A stretch of 63,349 bases of DNA, counting the filler, from Albugo candida (Eukaryota): assembly GCA_040437565.1 (NCBI GenBank). It is 56 parts of 56 records of this genome, joined end to end, with 100 filler letters (N's around TTAATTAATTAA, not from the genome) between each part and the next. Parts side by side here need not be neighbours in the genome. Positions count along the whole stretch, not along the records: positions 10,371 to 11,419 come from JBDOQK010000713.1; positions 11,520 to 12,567 come from JBDOQK010000714.1; positions 12,668 to 13,714 come from JBDOQK010000715.1; positions 13,815 to 14,860 come from JBDOQK010000716.1; positions 14,961 to 16,004 come from JBDOQK010000717.1; positions 16,105 to 17,148 come from JBDOQK010000718.1; positions 17,249 to 18,290 come from JBDOQK010000719.1; positions 18,391 to 19,431 come from JBDOQK010000720.1; 48 more parts are not named here. One strand, written 5' to 3'. The notes under the pieces are model-generated. The model ran no database searches. It saw nothing but the letters and a program-made list of their open reading frames with translations, and had not been told where the DNA came from. Position 1 is the stretch's first letter, and each line of letters opens with the position of its first letter. Below are positions 10,271 through 23,156 of this stretch, one piece after another. The position numbers and the translations under genes were made by a program.

Positions 10271-11255
10271 NNNNNNNNNNNNNNNNNNNNNNNNNNNNNN
10301 NNNNNNNNNNNNNNTTAATTAATTAANNNNNNNNNNNNNNNNNNNNNNNNNNNNNNNNNNNNNNNNNNNNTAACCCAATTTATCACTAGTGGTTGACAAA
10401 AAACTAGTGCTGAATATGTTGTCTTGGGAAAAAGAACAGGATTTTTTGGATTGAGTATGATAGACAGCATTTATTTTACCAAGAAAAAGAGACTGGAGGC
10501 TTCCATTTTAGTAAGGAGCCAACCCCTCTTTCTACTGAACCACTTTTTTTTTATTGTTCGATATTTATTTATTAAAAAGTCAATAAAGATTTGATTTTTA
10601 GTCATACACTTTATAATAGCTTATTAAAAGACTGTGTTATTTACATAAATGTGCTTTACGCAGAGAAAAAGTATTACTAGTTGCGGCGCGTATTTCAAAA
10701 AGTCCGTGCATAAATGTATGTAGAAGTTATTACATCAAGTTTCGTAATATTTTTTGAGGACAGTTCACTGCATAATACATTACTACATATAATCTAAAGA
10801 TCAGGATATAGTAGTTGTCGATATAGCCTATCATGAGTTAAAAGTCTACCGCAAGTTGTCTCTCATACTCACTAGTTAAGAGAATATTTGTTCCTTCAAA
10901 ATGTGAATAAGCAGTAACAGAAAACTACTTGTTATTCAATTAGGGAAAACTCAATAGTTAACAATGTTGTCATATCTATTCCTTTTATTGTATAATGATG
11001 GCACAACCAATTTTTACAAGAAAGAAACTTTTTATCCAATGAAATCATTCAATTTGCAAAAATGGGCCAAGAGAAAACAAATGCCTTTTAAAATTACCAA
11101 AAATGGGGTTTTGCTTTGATTTTGTTTTCAAGATTTGGTAAACAAAAGATTTCTTGGTAAAATAAAAGCATTGACTTTTTCTCTTCTTTTCTCTCTTTAA
11201 CTTTTTATTTTTTATCATTGCATACAATTAGCTTACATCATACATATAAGAAAAG

Positions 11256-11414
11256 ATGGGAATATTGGATTTGATTGAACTTGACATTGACACGCCAAAT
11301 AGTCTTCCAAGCCTTGGAGTGTATAAAATTGGATTACATTTCATTCAAACTTTCTTCTCTTTTATTACAATGTGCATCGTTGCTTCTGTTATTTCGATTG
11401 AACGTTATTATACT
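11256..11414 (+). CDS. First exon of a fungal membrane protein (possibly MARVEL-like)
   Basis: ATG after an AT-rich leader, hydrophobic helix LHFIQTFFSFITMCIVASVI, and a GTAAG donor at the contig end. Confidence 0.45.
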
Positions 11415-11519
11415 GTAAGNNNNNNNNNNNNNNNNNNNNNNNNNNNNNNNNNNNNNNNNNNNNTTAATTAATTAANNNNNNNNNNNNNNNNNNNNNNNNN
11501 NNNNNNNNNNNNNNNNNNN

Positions 11520-12567
11520 GGGGATCCCACACGAGTTTGTGGCGGTAGAGCAGGGGCTCCCGCATCATGCGTCGACGGACGAGTATGGAATACTCCCGTC
11601 GCGCGATTTCGACGTCCTGGATGAGGACATCCAGCGTCTAGAGGGGGGTGCAGATTTAACACCTGACTGCGGTTCGCCAGCTTCGAGCATGGACTCGAGG
11701 CACGATGGGGACGCAAGCTACGAGAACTCAGCGTTGGAATGTGTTCACGCTATTGTGTACGTGGACGGGAGTCCACAAAGGCGCCAATACATTGAGGTCG
11801 CGAGTCCACCTCGCGACGCGTCATCTATTACGAGCCTTCCAGGACTCTCCTGGAAGCATTTTCTACGCGACCTCAAGGGAGGCACGGTGGAACAAGTATG
11901 TCTGGTCACCAACGAGGTGACTCATGAGCCGAATGAGGAGCTAATGACGCGCCCTCGAAGCGCTGAAAAGAAATCAGCGCGCGAAGAAAGATTTGCGTCG
12001 CAATCTTGGGAGGCTCTGCGCGAGTCTGGTAACCCTGTTTACGACATTGCACGAGAGTACGCCGACGTGTTCCCGGACAAGATTCCGGCCGAACTCCCTG
12101 CCGATCGTGGCGTGCGGCACGAGATTGATCTCGTGCCAGGATCGAAATATTGTGTGACACGGCAGTGGCCGTTGCCTCGAGACCAAGTCGAGGCTATTGA
12201 TGCATTCTTCGAAGGTCGTCGCAAGGCCGGTCATGTGCGTGAGAGTGTCTCTCCCCATTCGAGTCCAACCTTCTGCGTGAAGAAGGCTACGGGAGGCTGG
12301 CGTATAGTGCATGCGTTTAACAAGCTCAACGATGCCACTATTCCTGCCCAAACGCCTATCCCCAGGAAAGACATGGTTCTAAACTCCATGTCAGGTAGCG
12401 TCATCTTCAGCGCCATCGATCTGACCGATGGCTTCTACCAGATCTTGATGCGACAGAGTGACATACCACTCACTGCGGTGAGCACCCCGAGTGGTATGCT
12501 ATGGGAGTGGCTGGTGATGCCACAAGGATTGAAGAACGCACCAGCCACTTTCAATCGCATGGTATCT
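11520..12567 (+). mobile_element. Ty3/Gypsy pol, reverse transcriptase N-terminal half; oomycete-like
   Basis: [73 protein letters not shown]. Confidence 0.95.
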
Positions 12568-13814
12568 NNNNNNNNNNNNNNNNNNNNNNNNNNNNNNNNN
12601 NNNNNNNNNNNTTAATTAATTAANNNNNNNNNNNNNNNNNNNNNNNNNNNNNNNNNNNNNNNNNNNNAATTTGGATTTGAAGATCACGTCCTTTGTACTT
12701 GTTTTTACGATACATTCTCTCAGAATTGCTTCAAGCATAAGCATTGATGCAAACATATCAATATGTATTCAAAAATTTTCTTTTTTTATGTTTGTATTTA
12801 TTTCTACTCGATATATCCTGATCAGAGACATGATACGATAAAACGTTGTTCAAGCGTGTTTTTGCGGTAGCACTAACAACTGAAAAAGTCACGAGTGAAT
12901 TCGAAGCAGAGGTATAACGCTGATTACTCTGTAAATAATACGCTGTAAAAACATTTGTTTCCATGAAAGCAGGTATGTATATGGTCTTCTTATAGTTTGC
13001 ATAAGGATTGGGAGCATCACTTTGTTAATTACTTGCAAGCCAAGAAGCATTATGGATATTCTACGGAGTAAGTTGAATTATTACCAGGTAGATGGTTGTT
13101 TATGAAAACCGTGATAGTCGGGGTAATATCTCCCTTGTCTATTCAGAGATACGACATATCGTCAAGATGAGGTAGAATTTAAAATCAGAGGCGTTTGACG
13201 TACTTTCACTGCTTTCAAAAATTAGGAGTGACGTTCTTTTCTCCATACCAATGTTTAAATTAATTTGTGAAAGCAACTATGACTTTCAGCTGCTGTAGTA
13301 TGCACCTTTTCGTAAGATCTCAAAAACATATATATATATTAATACTTGCCTAGCTGTAACAGACTCATGAAAGACATCTTTCGTATTAGCGGAAGGTGTA
13401 ATTTCGAATTTTTATAATTCATGTTCTTCTAGCCTATCAGTAACCAATTTAGTAGGATAGTGCATACATTATTGCTCGACCAAAAGAATGTTTCACATGA
13501 TCTACAATACAGCTCTGGTTACTTCACTACTAAATTGTCTCAGTTGGTAAACCAAGCAAGACGACTTTCACACATCTTTTTTCAGCACCATAGGAATATG
13601 CAAACATCTGCTCGTGATCTCCATAAATGTTTGGTTTAACTCAGTGTGTGATGCTGTAGCATAAAAATCTCCGAAATTGGCTGCTTGAGAAACGAGACTG
13701 GGTGAGATCAAGATNNNNNNNNNNNNNNNNNNNNNNNNNNNNNNNNNNNNNNNNNNNNTTAATTAATTAANNNNNNNNNNNNNNNNNNNNNNNNNNNNNN
13801 NNNNNNNNNNNNNN

Positions 13815-14308
13815 ATTGTTACTGTAAGTAATAATATTTATTCTGCACAACTATTTTAATAATTCTAATTAACTTTTGCATCTTATAGAAAAGAGCCAAC
13901 CGTGCTAATGCCTTTCTTGTTTTTTGTTCCAATACTGAGGATCTTGAGTCTACCTTTGGTGCTAAAGAAGAATGTGAAAAGTTGTTAAACGCAGGCTACA
14001 TGTCTGAAGAAGAAGATGATGAAGTCGATGGTCGTAACGCTGTTAAGATCAAAAGAATTCGTCCAACTTGGAGATCTGACAAGGTAAATTGCAACATAGA
14101 TTTAAATAATTTAACAGTACTGATATTTCTTTACCTCTCGTAATTGTAGTTGAACGAATTCTACGAGACTTTAGACAAAATTCACAAGGAGTCCGTAAGG
14201 GGGAAGGGAACTAACCCTTCAAAGACAAGAACATGGGTTTTGAAGGATGTTCCTTCTCCCGAGGAAAACACTATTCCTTCTTGGGCTCTTCGTTCTTCTT
14301 CTGTTTAA
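13815..14308 (+). CDS. 3' exons of a fungal hypothetical protein of the 'MSEEE...RP.WRS...LD...P.WA' type, often transposon-associated
   Basis: Two GT-AG introns. Spliced GYMSEEED...IRPTWRSDKLNEFYETLDK...IPSWALRSSSV*. Confidence 0.55.
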
Positions 14309-14961
14309 TTTTAAAATAATAATAAAAAACAACAAATAATTTTTGCCTCTTTCTTTTTTCACCTGTCGTTTTTTAAAATTAAGATGATCTTTCGCAGCAT
14401 GTTTAACACGTAATTCAACTCGATCATCTTTTATTCAAATTACCATCATCGTTTCACATTGTTAGCCATGACAGATTCAGCTTTAAAATGAAGAGGTAAG
14501 TTTTTTTCGTATGTCTATAGTTTATTTATTTTTTTCAAACAACCATTAAACACAACCTGTATTTATGCTTTACCATAGACATGTTTAGCTACTAATGCGA
14601 CAATGAAAAGAAGATCTTACTAGCACTGTCTCATTAGACTGGATGATTAAAAGTGTTTGACATGCAACAACCCCATCCACAATTATAAACCACAATTGAA
14701 ACAAAATAAAAAGAGAGGATTTAATTTTTTTTTAAACAAAATTTGCATATTGTAAAGTTATGTTGGGTATTTTTATGGGGAAAATAATATTAATGTTAAT
14801 GTTTATAAGAAAGCTTGTGAACTGTTTGAACACAAGAGAGAAAAATGTGTCTAGTGACGANNNNNNNNNNNNNNNNNNNNNNNNNNNNNNNNNNNNNNNN
14901 NNNNTTAATTAATTAANNNNNNNNNNNNNNNNNNNNNNNNNNNNNNNNNNNNNNNNNNNNC

Positions 14962-15045
14962 ATCCAGGCACTCACGCTGCGCCGTCGTCTCCGCATCGAC
15001 CTGACGCAGCGCGTCTACGCCCGCACCCCCGTCCACATCCTCTGA
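14962..15045 (+). CDS. C-terminal end of a TnsA-like protein (5' truncated)
   Basis: IQALTLRRRLRIDLTQRVYARTPVHIL* resembles the TnsA C-terminal 'L...l.iDL...l...t.V' ending. Only 27 aa are visible. Confidence 0.5.
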   Translation: MQALTLRRRLRIDLTQRVYARTPVHIL

Positions 15046-15056
15046 AGGCCACACCC

Positions 15057-15239
15057 ATGTCCGACAAGCCAAGCATTCCCACCTGGCAACGTGCCTTCGA
15101 TGCAACGCAGCGACCCGGCTCCGCACTGCGGGCCAAGGCGGCGGAGGAGATCCGCCTCCGCCGTGCCGAGCGCATGACCGCCAGCCAACATCCGGTTGAC
15201 GCCAACGGCGCCCCGGCACGCTCCGGCGGCGCGGCATGA
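15057..15239 (+). CDS. 60-aa hypothetical protein between the tnsA-like and tnsB-like genes
   Basis: ATG 11 nt after the upstream stop, a GAAGG RBS-like motif, and an ATGA overlap with the downstream gene. Confidence 0.55.
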   Translation: MSDKPSIPTWQRAFDATQRPGSALRAKAAEEIRLRRAERMTASQHPVDANGAPARSGGAA

Positions 15240-16004
15240 ATACGCCCGCCAAGCCGAGCCCCGGCGACGAGTGGCACGCGCCCAGCTCCCGGCCCGAATT
15301 CTCGATCTCGAAGACCGCGACGGTGTGGATCGACGGCGATGCCTACAGGTATAACGGCGTCCTCGAGACCGGCCGCATCTACCTGATGCACATGCAGACG
15401 GGCATGCCGTACCTGCACACGACGGGCTGCATCAAGGACCTGCCGAGCCCGGAAGACTGGGACGACCTGATGCTGGAGGGGAAGCTCCGCGTAATAGAGC
15501 AGCCCAGCAAGCTGACCGCGCGGCTCATCGCCCGGATGACGGACTGGGACTACCGCGCCATCGTCGGCCGAAAGGACAAGGACGGCAACCCCCTCCCGCC
15601 CGTCGCGGGCGAGGACCTTCCGCTCGAGCCCGACGCCGCGCAGTCGCTGGCCGAGGTGCTTCTGCTCGACGAGGCGGGAACCCCGAACGGCGTCCTCGCG
15701 ATCACGAAGGAACTCACGAAGAGCTGGCCCGGCGAGTTCGAGGACAAGTTCGGCAAGCATCACAACCCCGAGACGATACGGCGCTGGCGCAAGGAGCGGG
15801 GATCGCCCGGTAATAGGCAGCTTTCCGACTTCGTCCGAATGTGGGGGCGCGTCCCGCGCAAGCGCTACCGGGACGGCGTCGTCGACCTCATCATGCAGAA
15901 GATGCTGCTTCGCGGCCGGACCGAGCGCGGCACGATCGTCTCCATCCACGACGAACTGGGCACCCTCCTAGGACAGATCAACCGGGGCGAGCACCCGGAC
16001 TACG
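15236..16004 (+). CDS. N-terminal part of a probable TnsB/Mu-like DDE transposase (3' truncated)
   Basis: Long high-GC3 ORF with a beta-rich N-terminus and an HTH-like segment HHNPETIRRWRKERG. It lies downstream of a tnsA-like end. The DDE core is not in the contig. Confidence 0.55.
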
Positions 16005-16104
16005 NNNNNNNNNNNNNNNNNNNNNNNNNNNNNNNNNNNNNNNNNNNNTTAATTAATTAANNNNNNNNNNNNNNNNNNNNNNNNNNNNNNNNNNNNNNNN
16101 NNNN

Positions 16105-16433
16105 AGTAATTGCTCAAGTCTTTCAAGTAATTGCTCAAGTCTTTCAAGCAGTTGTTCAAGTCTTTCAAGTAGTTGTTCAAGTCTTTCAAGTCTTTCAAGC
16201 AGTTGTTCACGACTTTCGAGTAATTGTCCACGACTTTCAAGTAACTGTTCGCGTCTTTTAAGTAATTGTTCAAGTCTTTCAAGTAGTTGTTCGCGTGTTT
16301 CAAGTAATTGTTCGCGTCTTTCAAGCAGTTGTTCAAGTAATTGTTCAAGTTGTTCAAGTTGTTCAAGTCCTTCAGGTAGTTGTTCGTGTCTTTCAAGTAA
16401 TTGTTCAAGTCTTTTAGAACTAGGGCCGTTCAC
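16105..16433 (-). repeat. 21-bp tandem repeat encoding a LEQLLER heptad coiled coil; 5' part
   Basis: Open frame ...SSKRLEQLLERHEQLPEGLEQ...LLERREQLLETREQLLERLEQ. Units are the same as at 2945-3370. Confidence 0.9.
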
Positions 16434-18390
16434 AATGAAACTGTGATTGTAAGCTGCTTAAATATTTATAATATTTAAAACCGTGAAGAGCACCATCCAA
16501 GAAGTTATTTATGCATATTTAGTTCAAGATATTTTTCAAGTGACCTTTTTAATTCTTCAAGGTTATTGCAGCAGTGGATCTACTTTAACAAAGACCTTTA
16601 CAAGAATGCTCAAGGCCGTTCAGTATCGTTTTTTTCTCGTGATCGCTACGCTGGTTATTTTAAATAGGATTTATAGTTCATTTTTTATTTTATATTATAA
16701 AAAGCATTTAATAAAGTGGAAATTTTTATCCCCCAACAACCAATATTTCGTCTACAGAAAAAGATATAAACAGCTATTCATTTTATTTGCAAACACATGT
16801 ATAACAATATTTCATTCATCATTTTTGGCACAACAAATAATTGAATCTCGGTGATTCATATTTTTTTATACGCAAAAAAAAAAAAGAATACATTACCCAT
16901 CACCCTTTTGCTATTTGATTGAATACAATACCTATTTTTTCTTTTCTGATAACTACTTGTTACAGCTACATTTTTTTTGTTGGAATTTAAATAGAATCTG
17001 ACCGGTGTAAAAAAAAAAGGTACTTTTTTCTTAATACGAAAAAAAAAAAGGAAAAAAAATCGTGGTGCTGTTTCATGGCCTTCACCATTCGTAACTAATA
17101 TCGTTATTAACAGTTGACATTGACTGGCTTAAAGAAAAATCCATTTTCNNNNNNNNNNNNNNNNNNNNNNNNNNNNNNNNNNNNNNNNNNNNTTAATTAA
17201 TTAANNNNNNNNNNNNNNNNNNNNNNNNNNNNNNNNNNNNNNNNNNNNCCAACAGGCGAAGATGGAGCGGTTATAATCACAATCACGATCAATGCATTAC
17301 AGAATTTAAAATATCCATAAAATCCCTGTTGTAGATCAAAATGCCGGTCCGCATCGATGTTTCAACTATATTATATGTGCATCTAATCCATGACATCTTC
17401 TCCTTAGAAAACGCACACAGAGGAACCACGTTGTTTGACGATTGAGGGGATATCATGCACACACAATGGCGACCGGAAGAATCTTTGCACTGGCTTTGGT
17501 TTTATCCACTTGATCTGGAACGTGTTCTGACCATCACTTGGAGACCACATCGATGATGCTTTGTAGGTGATTCCGCATCGGCAACGTTTCGGACTGCAAC
17601 TGCATGGCCGCTGATGTCCCAAATACATTTACTTTGATGCTGAACGCAAACGCTTTGTACGCATCGTTCCATCTCGCGTATTATTTTTGGATTCGCAGTC
17701 CAAACACAAAATCAAAAGCAGTCTCAGATACCGTCCCAAACTCTGTGCTCGGAGTAGGTCAGCTCCCACTTTCAAATGCAAGTATCCGCGCATCACTCGT
17801 CCCCTTTCCGTATAGAAGCTGTGATTGGATCGCGATTATCTTCTCCTTCTTAATCGGCCAAAATATCGAACAACCCATTCTTCCTTCACGAGCTATCACT
17901 ACGGAAGAATACGACTACATCATCCCGTAGAGACTTGCGTCGCTGGACGTCGGAGCATCAACAAACTCGCGGATGCGCTCAACACGCTGTCAAATGGTCC
18001 AAGCTTCATATTTTATAAGTCGCTTGTACGTCGTCCAAGATTTGTTCCATTCACTACGGAGGTCGTTTGTGGTGCGCATGCTGATAGAGTCGGCGATATA
18101 GGAAGACACTGGTTGCATGTACACAGAAGTTTATGACGTCAACTGTCTAATTTGTTGTGGCCAATTGCCCTCCGATTCTCGCTACTTGAATTCGGATAAG
18201 GTGCATCCTGCATTGAGCACAAGCGCCTTTTTTCTGATCCTGTGCATACTAGATCACCGGAACGACTATATGGGATCAATCCTTCACGGCNNNNNNNNNN
18301 NNNNNNNNNNNNNNNNNNNNNNNNNNNNNNNNNNTTAATTAATTAANNNNNNNNNNNNNNNNNNNNNNNNNNNNNNNNNNNNNNNNNNNN

Positions 18391-19431
18391 ACAAATAAGA
18401 AGTTGTTGTGTACTTGGCACATGATAAACAATTTAGATAAGAAGTGTACCACAAAAGTATTGAAGGAGGGAAAAATAGTTAGAGAGTTTAAAAATACTGT
18501 AATGTCGATAATGCGCTGTCAAACAAACTCAGACTATCAAACAATGAAAGCCACTGTTTATGATATACTCAACGATCGTGATAACTTTGTGAGTGAAGTT
18601 CAACAAAAAAGCTTCCAACGATATTATGAATTTGAATGGGAAAAACATGTTGAAAAGTGGGCAGGTCACATAACGTCGAAGATTATGCATTTCGGATGCA
18701 CAACTTCCCAAAGAGCTGAAAGTGGTCATAAAATTTTGAAAAGAGGCATGTCTACTGTACAACCATTGAACCTTGCCATAAATTGCCTCGTCGCAAACTT
18801 GGAAGATTTCGAGCAAAATTATAGAGCTCTCGAACTTAAAGAAAGAAATACCGTGGATGTGTTGGTAGCAACAGATTTACGATTTGCAAATCTGATCGGA
18901 AAGGTCAGCCATCGAGCTATCAGTGCTCTTTATCAAGAATATGAACGTGATGATATCGATGTTATAAATGATATCTGCACTTGCACCAACCCTATTGTAT
19001 TCAACATTCCGTGTGCTCACTTTTTGAAAAGGCTCAATCATAGTCAGTTAAAAGTATCAGATGTTCCTAGACGATGGATGTTGAACACATTTCTTTATGA
19101 AGCAAAGGAAGATCAATCTGAGGCTGATAGCTGTTTATCGAGTAATGATGAGGAGAAGCCATGGATGAAGTACGTAAAAGGTCTTACACAAGCATTCTTA
19201 GCTCTCGAAGCTAACAATATGATGGTGGAGAGTAATAAGCTGATGTCAACTATGGAGGAGATCTTGAAGGTAGCACTTCCAAGCAACCAAGTAAACAATA
19301 TAAGTCTTCCTACGAAAGATAATGTTAAAAAGCCTGGGAGACCTCAAAAAGATGTAAGATGGCCATCTTCTCGAAAAGATTACGATAAGCCTGAATACAG
19401 AAAGAACCAATTACTTTTTGGAAAGAGTTTG
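18391..19431 (+). mobile_element. Mutator-like (MULE) transposase C-terminal half with SWIM-type zinc finger
   Basis: LLCTWH (CxxH), HFGCTTSQRAESGH (catalytic E), CTC..IPCAH, RWML, KPGRP. Confidence 0.9.
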
Positions 19432-22334
19432 NNNNNNNNNNNNNNNNNNNNNNNNNNNNNNNNNNNNNNNNNNNNTTAATTAATTAANNNNNNNNNNNNN
19501 NNNNNNNNNNNNNNNNNNNNNNNNNNNNNNNCTCATTACAATTGACAACTTCATGATACGGTTGATGTCGTGTAAACAATTGCTGTAAGGATTTTGCTCG
19601 TTTAGATCAAGTGAGTGCTTGGGACGTCGGAGCTGGGGACGGCTCACATCTGATGAGGCGATGATATCGGTGTTTAATCGATGCATCTTTGATAATGTGC
19701 CAAGCGCAAGGAACACAATTGTCACACTTTTTAGTTCGATATTGTATGCTCTATGTGCTGATGCATTGCAGAGGAGGAGAAAAGACTACATGTGGTCGTT
19801 GCAATTACGAAGAGTAATCCACTGGTAAGATATTTCTGATTTCTACGATAATAAAGTCCAAGCTGAACGCCGTTTTTATGACTGCGGTGTTTTTCCATAT
19901 TTAATAATGATAGTTCTCTTTTGACAGATCCTTCTGCGTTGCATTAGAGAAATGTTGAAACGAATTTTGCCTTCCACACCACCCCTTTGCCTTCGGTCAT
20001 TTGTCTTCTCGGAGTTCAGCATTAGAAGAGGTGAGCTTCAACCAGGCTGTACTTGCTGGCTATGGAAACCCTTCGAATCGCATAAGCCCACGCAGATATT
20101 TGCCAGAACGCGTTGTACCGCTCTTACCATGAAGATTCAACTTTTGAGCCATGACGCATCCAGGGCCCATCCTTTCGAGAATGACGATAGCCGATCTTCA
20201 GGTAAGCGATCAAACATGGTAGCGATTTATCATATCACCGCTCATTATCACGTGCATGGCTTCGCGTCATAACAAGCAAGGGGCTCGTCGCTACAGAAAA
20301 CATCCCGCTCGCGCTCGCTTGTTCTGTGGTAGGCTTCTTTCACGATCAGAAACTTCTTCGATCAGCAAACTGCTAAAGATGGTCCCCTGAAGTAGGAAAG
20401 GAATTTGAAGTTTGTACTCACGCTTCGCCCAACCTGCCAGCTTCGATTGTGTGAGCGTTTCTTACGCTTCCTACCACCGGTAGATTTTCAGTCTCTTCAT
20501 GCGTCAGGCTGGCGTCGTTGTCACCCGGCGAAGGGTTTGGTTTGATAGGGATGTGAACAACTGATATTATACNNNNNNNNNNNNNNNNNNNNNNNNNNNN
20601 NNNNNNNNNNNNNNNNTTAATTAATTAANNNNNNNNNNNNNNNNNNNNNNNNNNNNNNNNNNNNNNNNNNNNATTTAAATCAGTTGCATCATAATTTGTC
20701 TTTCAATGATAATAAGACAATTATTGCTGCTTCAATGAAAAGTACCCTTTATTTGATTACCAGTACAATAACAACACTAATACTACTATTATAAATATCT
20801 TTTACGTTTCTTTTTTGCCATCAAAAGATGATACTCTTTTTTTATTCTCTTACAATTAAAACCATCTCTTCACTACTTGTACTTCTTTTCATATAATACT
20901 ACTACTACTAATACATATAAACACCATAAAATATACTTCTTCTTCTTCTTCTTATTAATTTACCAACTTACATATCCTTTTTAAAATGATATTTTTCTGT
21001 GTGTACCTCCTTTTTACTTTAGACTTACACACTTATTACTACTACTATATTGTCTCCACTTAATAACAGTGCATCTTTTGGAAAAACAAGCAAAAGAAAT
21101 GATTCATTCTATAAGCAACCTCACCTAAAGAAAGTTTAGCGTTAGAACTGCTTGTACAGTGGCTTGTAAAAGGAATTCTGCTGTAAAAAAGCATCGTTTT
21201 TTAGCGCTATTCCATGGGGAAAAAAGCTTTTGGAACCATGGTTTTTAAGCAAATATTGCTTGACATTATTTTAACTATCTATTCCAATCATTTTTTAGCG
21301 AAAAAAAAAGTTTGGGCATTTTTTCAAAAATGCATGGATGATACCCTTACGATCTTTCATGTTTTTTTATATTTAACCTTTAAACAGTAAAAAAGCCATT
21401 TTCGTAAAGGCATTTCTAAGTGAAATTGGGGTAGAATTTGATGCTCTATCTCGTGAAATAGTTTTTGGAATAAAACTTCTATGAAAAACAGCGTCTATGG
21501 GCGAGAATGCTGTTTTAGCAAATTGCCCCGTATAGCCTGATTTCACATAATAAAGGGGTCTTTTTTATTGCACCACGTGAAAGAGAATAAAATTTCATGT
21601 ATATCTAGCTTAGAAACCAAATGTCGCAGGCAAGTATTTTAAGTATTTTACTTTGAGCGAAAGATCTTTGATGATCGCAAATTGAAGAAAAATTGAAGCA
21701 GGAAAAATAAAANNNNNNNNNNNNNNNNNNNNNNNNNNNNNNNNNNNNNNNNNNNNTTAATTAATTAANNNNNNNNNNNNNNNNNNNNNNNNNNNNNNNN
21801 NNNNNNNNNNNNGTGAACAATGGTTAAGCCATTGGTGCGACAGCTATTTTTCATTTTAATAAACATTGTTATACCGTTTTCGTCTCACAGTATATCCAAG
21901 TAAGCATTGCTGCTACTTACCCTGTGTGATTCTCATGCTACAATTTTTTATATCCTTACCCCATTCAAAATATATTTTCCTTTGAGCAGATATCAAACAT
22001 CTATAACTAAAAAGCATTTTTTACACTATGGAGTAATGGATTGCAAGAATAATTTTTTCAATAAATCGCAATTGTTTTACTTAAAATTGAATATTATGCA
22101 AAGGGCATAAAATAAGTTTGTTCTATTTTTCATTGTTAGCTGCGTTACATAGTACTATATTTGAGAGTAGTGATGTGCAACCTATCCAGATAATTCAACA
22201 TGTAGTGTCATCAGAAAAAGTACCAAAACGAAAATATAACAGCGATTGAGAAAGTATAAATACCAACAATTTTTCTATTAGGAAAGATTTACAAAAAAGA
22301 AAAAGATTTTCATTTCACTCCTTATCAAAATATC

Positions 22335-22808
22335 ATGCAATTGATAAACACTGGTTTCATTCTTTCAGCAGCTGTTGCTTTACTTTCTATTAATGGAGTC
22401 ATAGCTCAAGATCCTCAAGGATGGTATTCTGCAAATCCTGGAATGGCCAAGATTGGTCTTGTAGATCAAAATATTCATCAAATCACAGATGTTCACGGTC
22501 GTGTACGCTTCTTTCATGGAACAAATGTAGTCAAAAAGTCTGCCCCTTGGTTCCGCCAATTTGAGTTTAAGCCTGGAGATTCTTTTGGTCCCACAGATGT
22601 TGCCAACTTGAAAAACTTGGGTGTTAATGCTGTTCGTTTAGGTCATCATTGGGCTGGAAGTGAGCCTATTCGAGGCCAATATAATCAAACATTTTTAAAC
22701 ATTTTAAAACGGCAAACCAAATTGGCCGAAGATAATGGTATTTACGTCCTTGTGGATGTTCATCAAGATGTGTTTGCACCTCAATTATGTGGTCAGGGTG
22801 TACCAAAT
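22335..22808 (+). CDS. Secreted glycoside hydrolase family 5, endoglycoceramidase-like (first exon)
   Basis: Signal peptide; DVHGRVRFFHGTNVV, GVNAVRLGHHWAGSEP.RGQYNQTFL, GIYVLVDVHQD, CGQGVP. GTAAGT donor at 22809 and TATAAA upstream. Confidence 0.85.
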
Positions 22809-23117
22809 GTAAGTTAATGTAGAGTAGCATAAAAAACACTTTTCGCTCAACGNNNNNNNNNNNNNNNNNNNNNNNNNNNNNNNNNNNNNNNNNNNNTTAA
22901 TTAATTAANNNNNNNNNNNNNNNNNNNNNNNNNNNNNNNNNNNNNNNNNNNNTAAATCAACCACTCAAATAGAAAAGTCATGAGAAAAAAACTGCGTCAT
23001 CAGTTGACCAGCCATATAATTGATTTGATTGGTCCGCTCAAAATAAATAATTTTAAAAAAAAAGATATTCATATTTTATTTCATTTCCTAACAACATGGT
23101 GAAATAAATTGCATAAT

Positions 23118-23156
23118 GAAGCTCAGTAAGGAAGCTCAGTAAGGAAGCTCAGTAAG
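23118..23156. repeat. 13-bp tandem repeat x3 (GAAGCTCAGTAAG)
   Basis: Three perfect copies. Confidence 0.9.

Noticed and set aside
12668..13714. Possible decayed coding sequence on the minus strand
   Set aside because: Many stops and no recognisable motif.
17249..18290. Minus-strand frame that looks protein-like but has several TGA/TAG/TAA
   Set aside because: All three stop types occur, so recoding is not supported, and no family is recognisable.
19532..21712. Short ORFs on two contigs
   Set aside because: No motifs or convincing exon structure.
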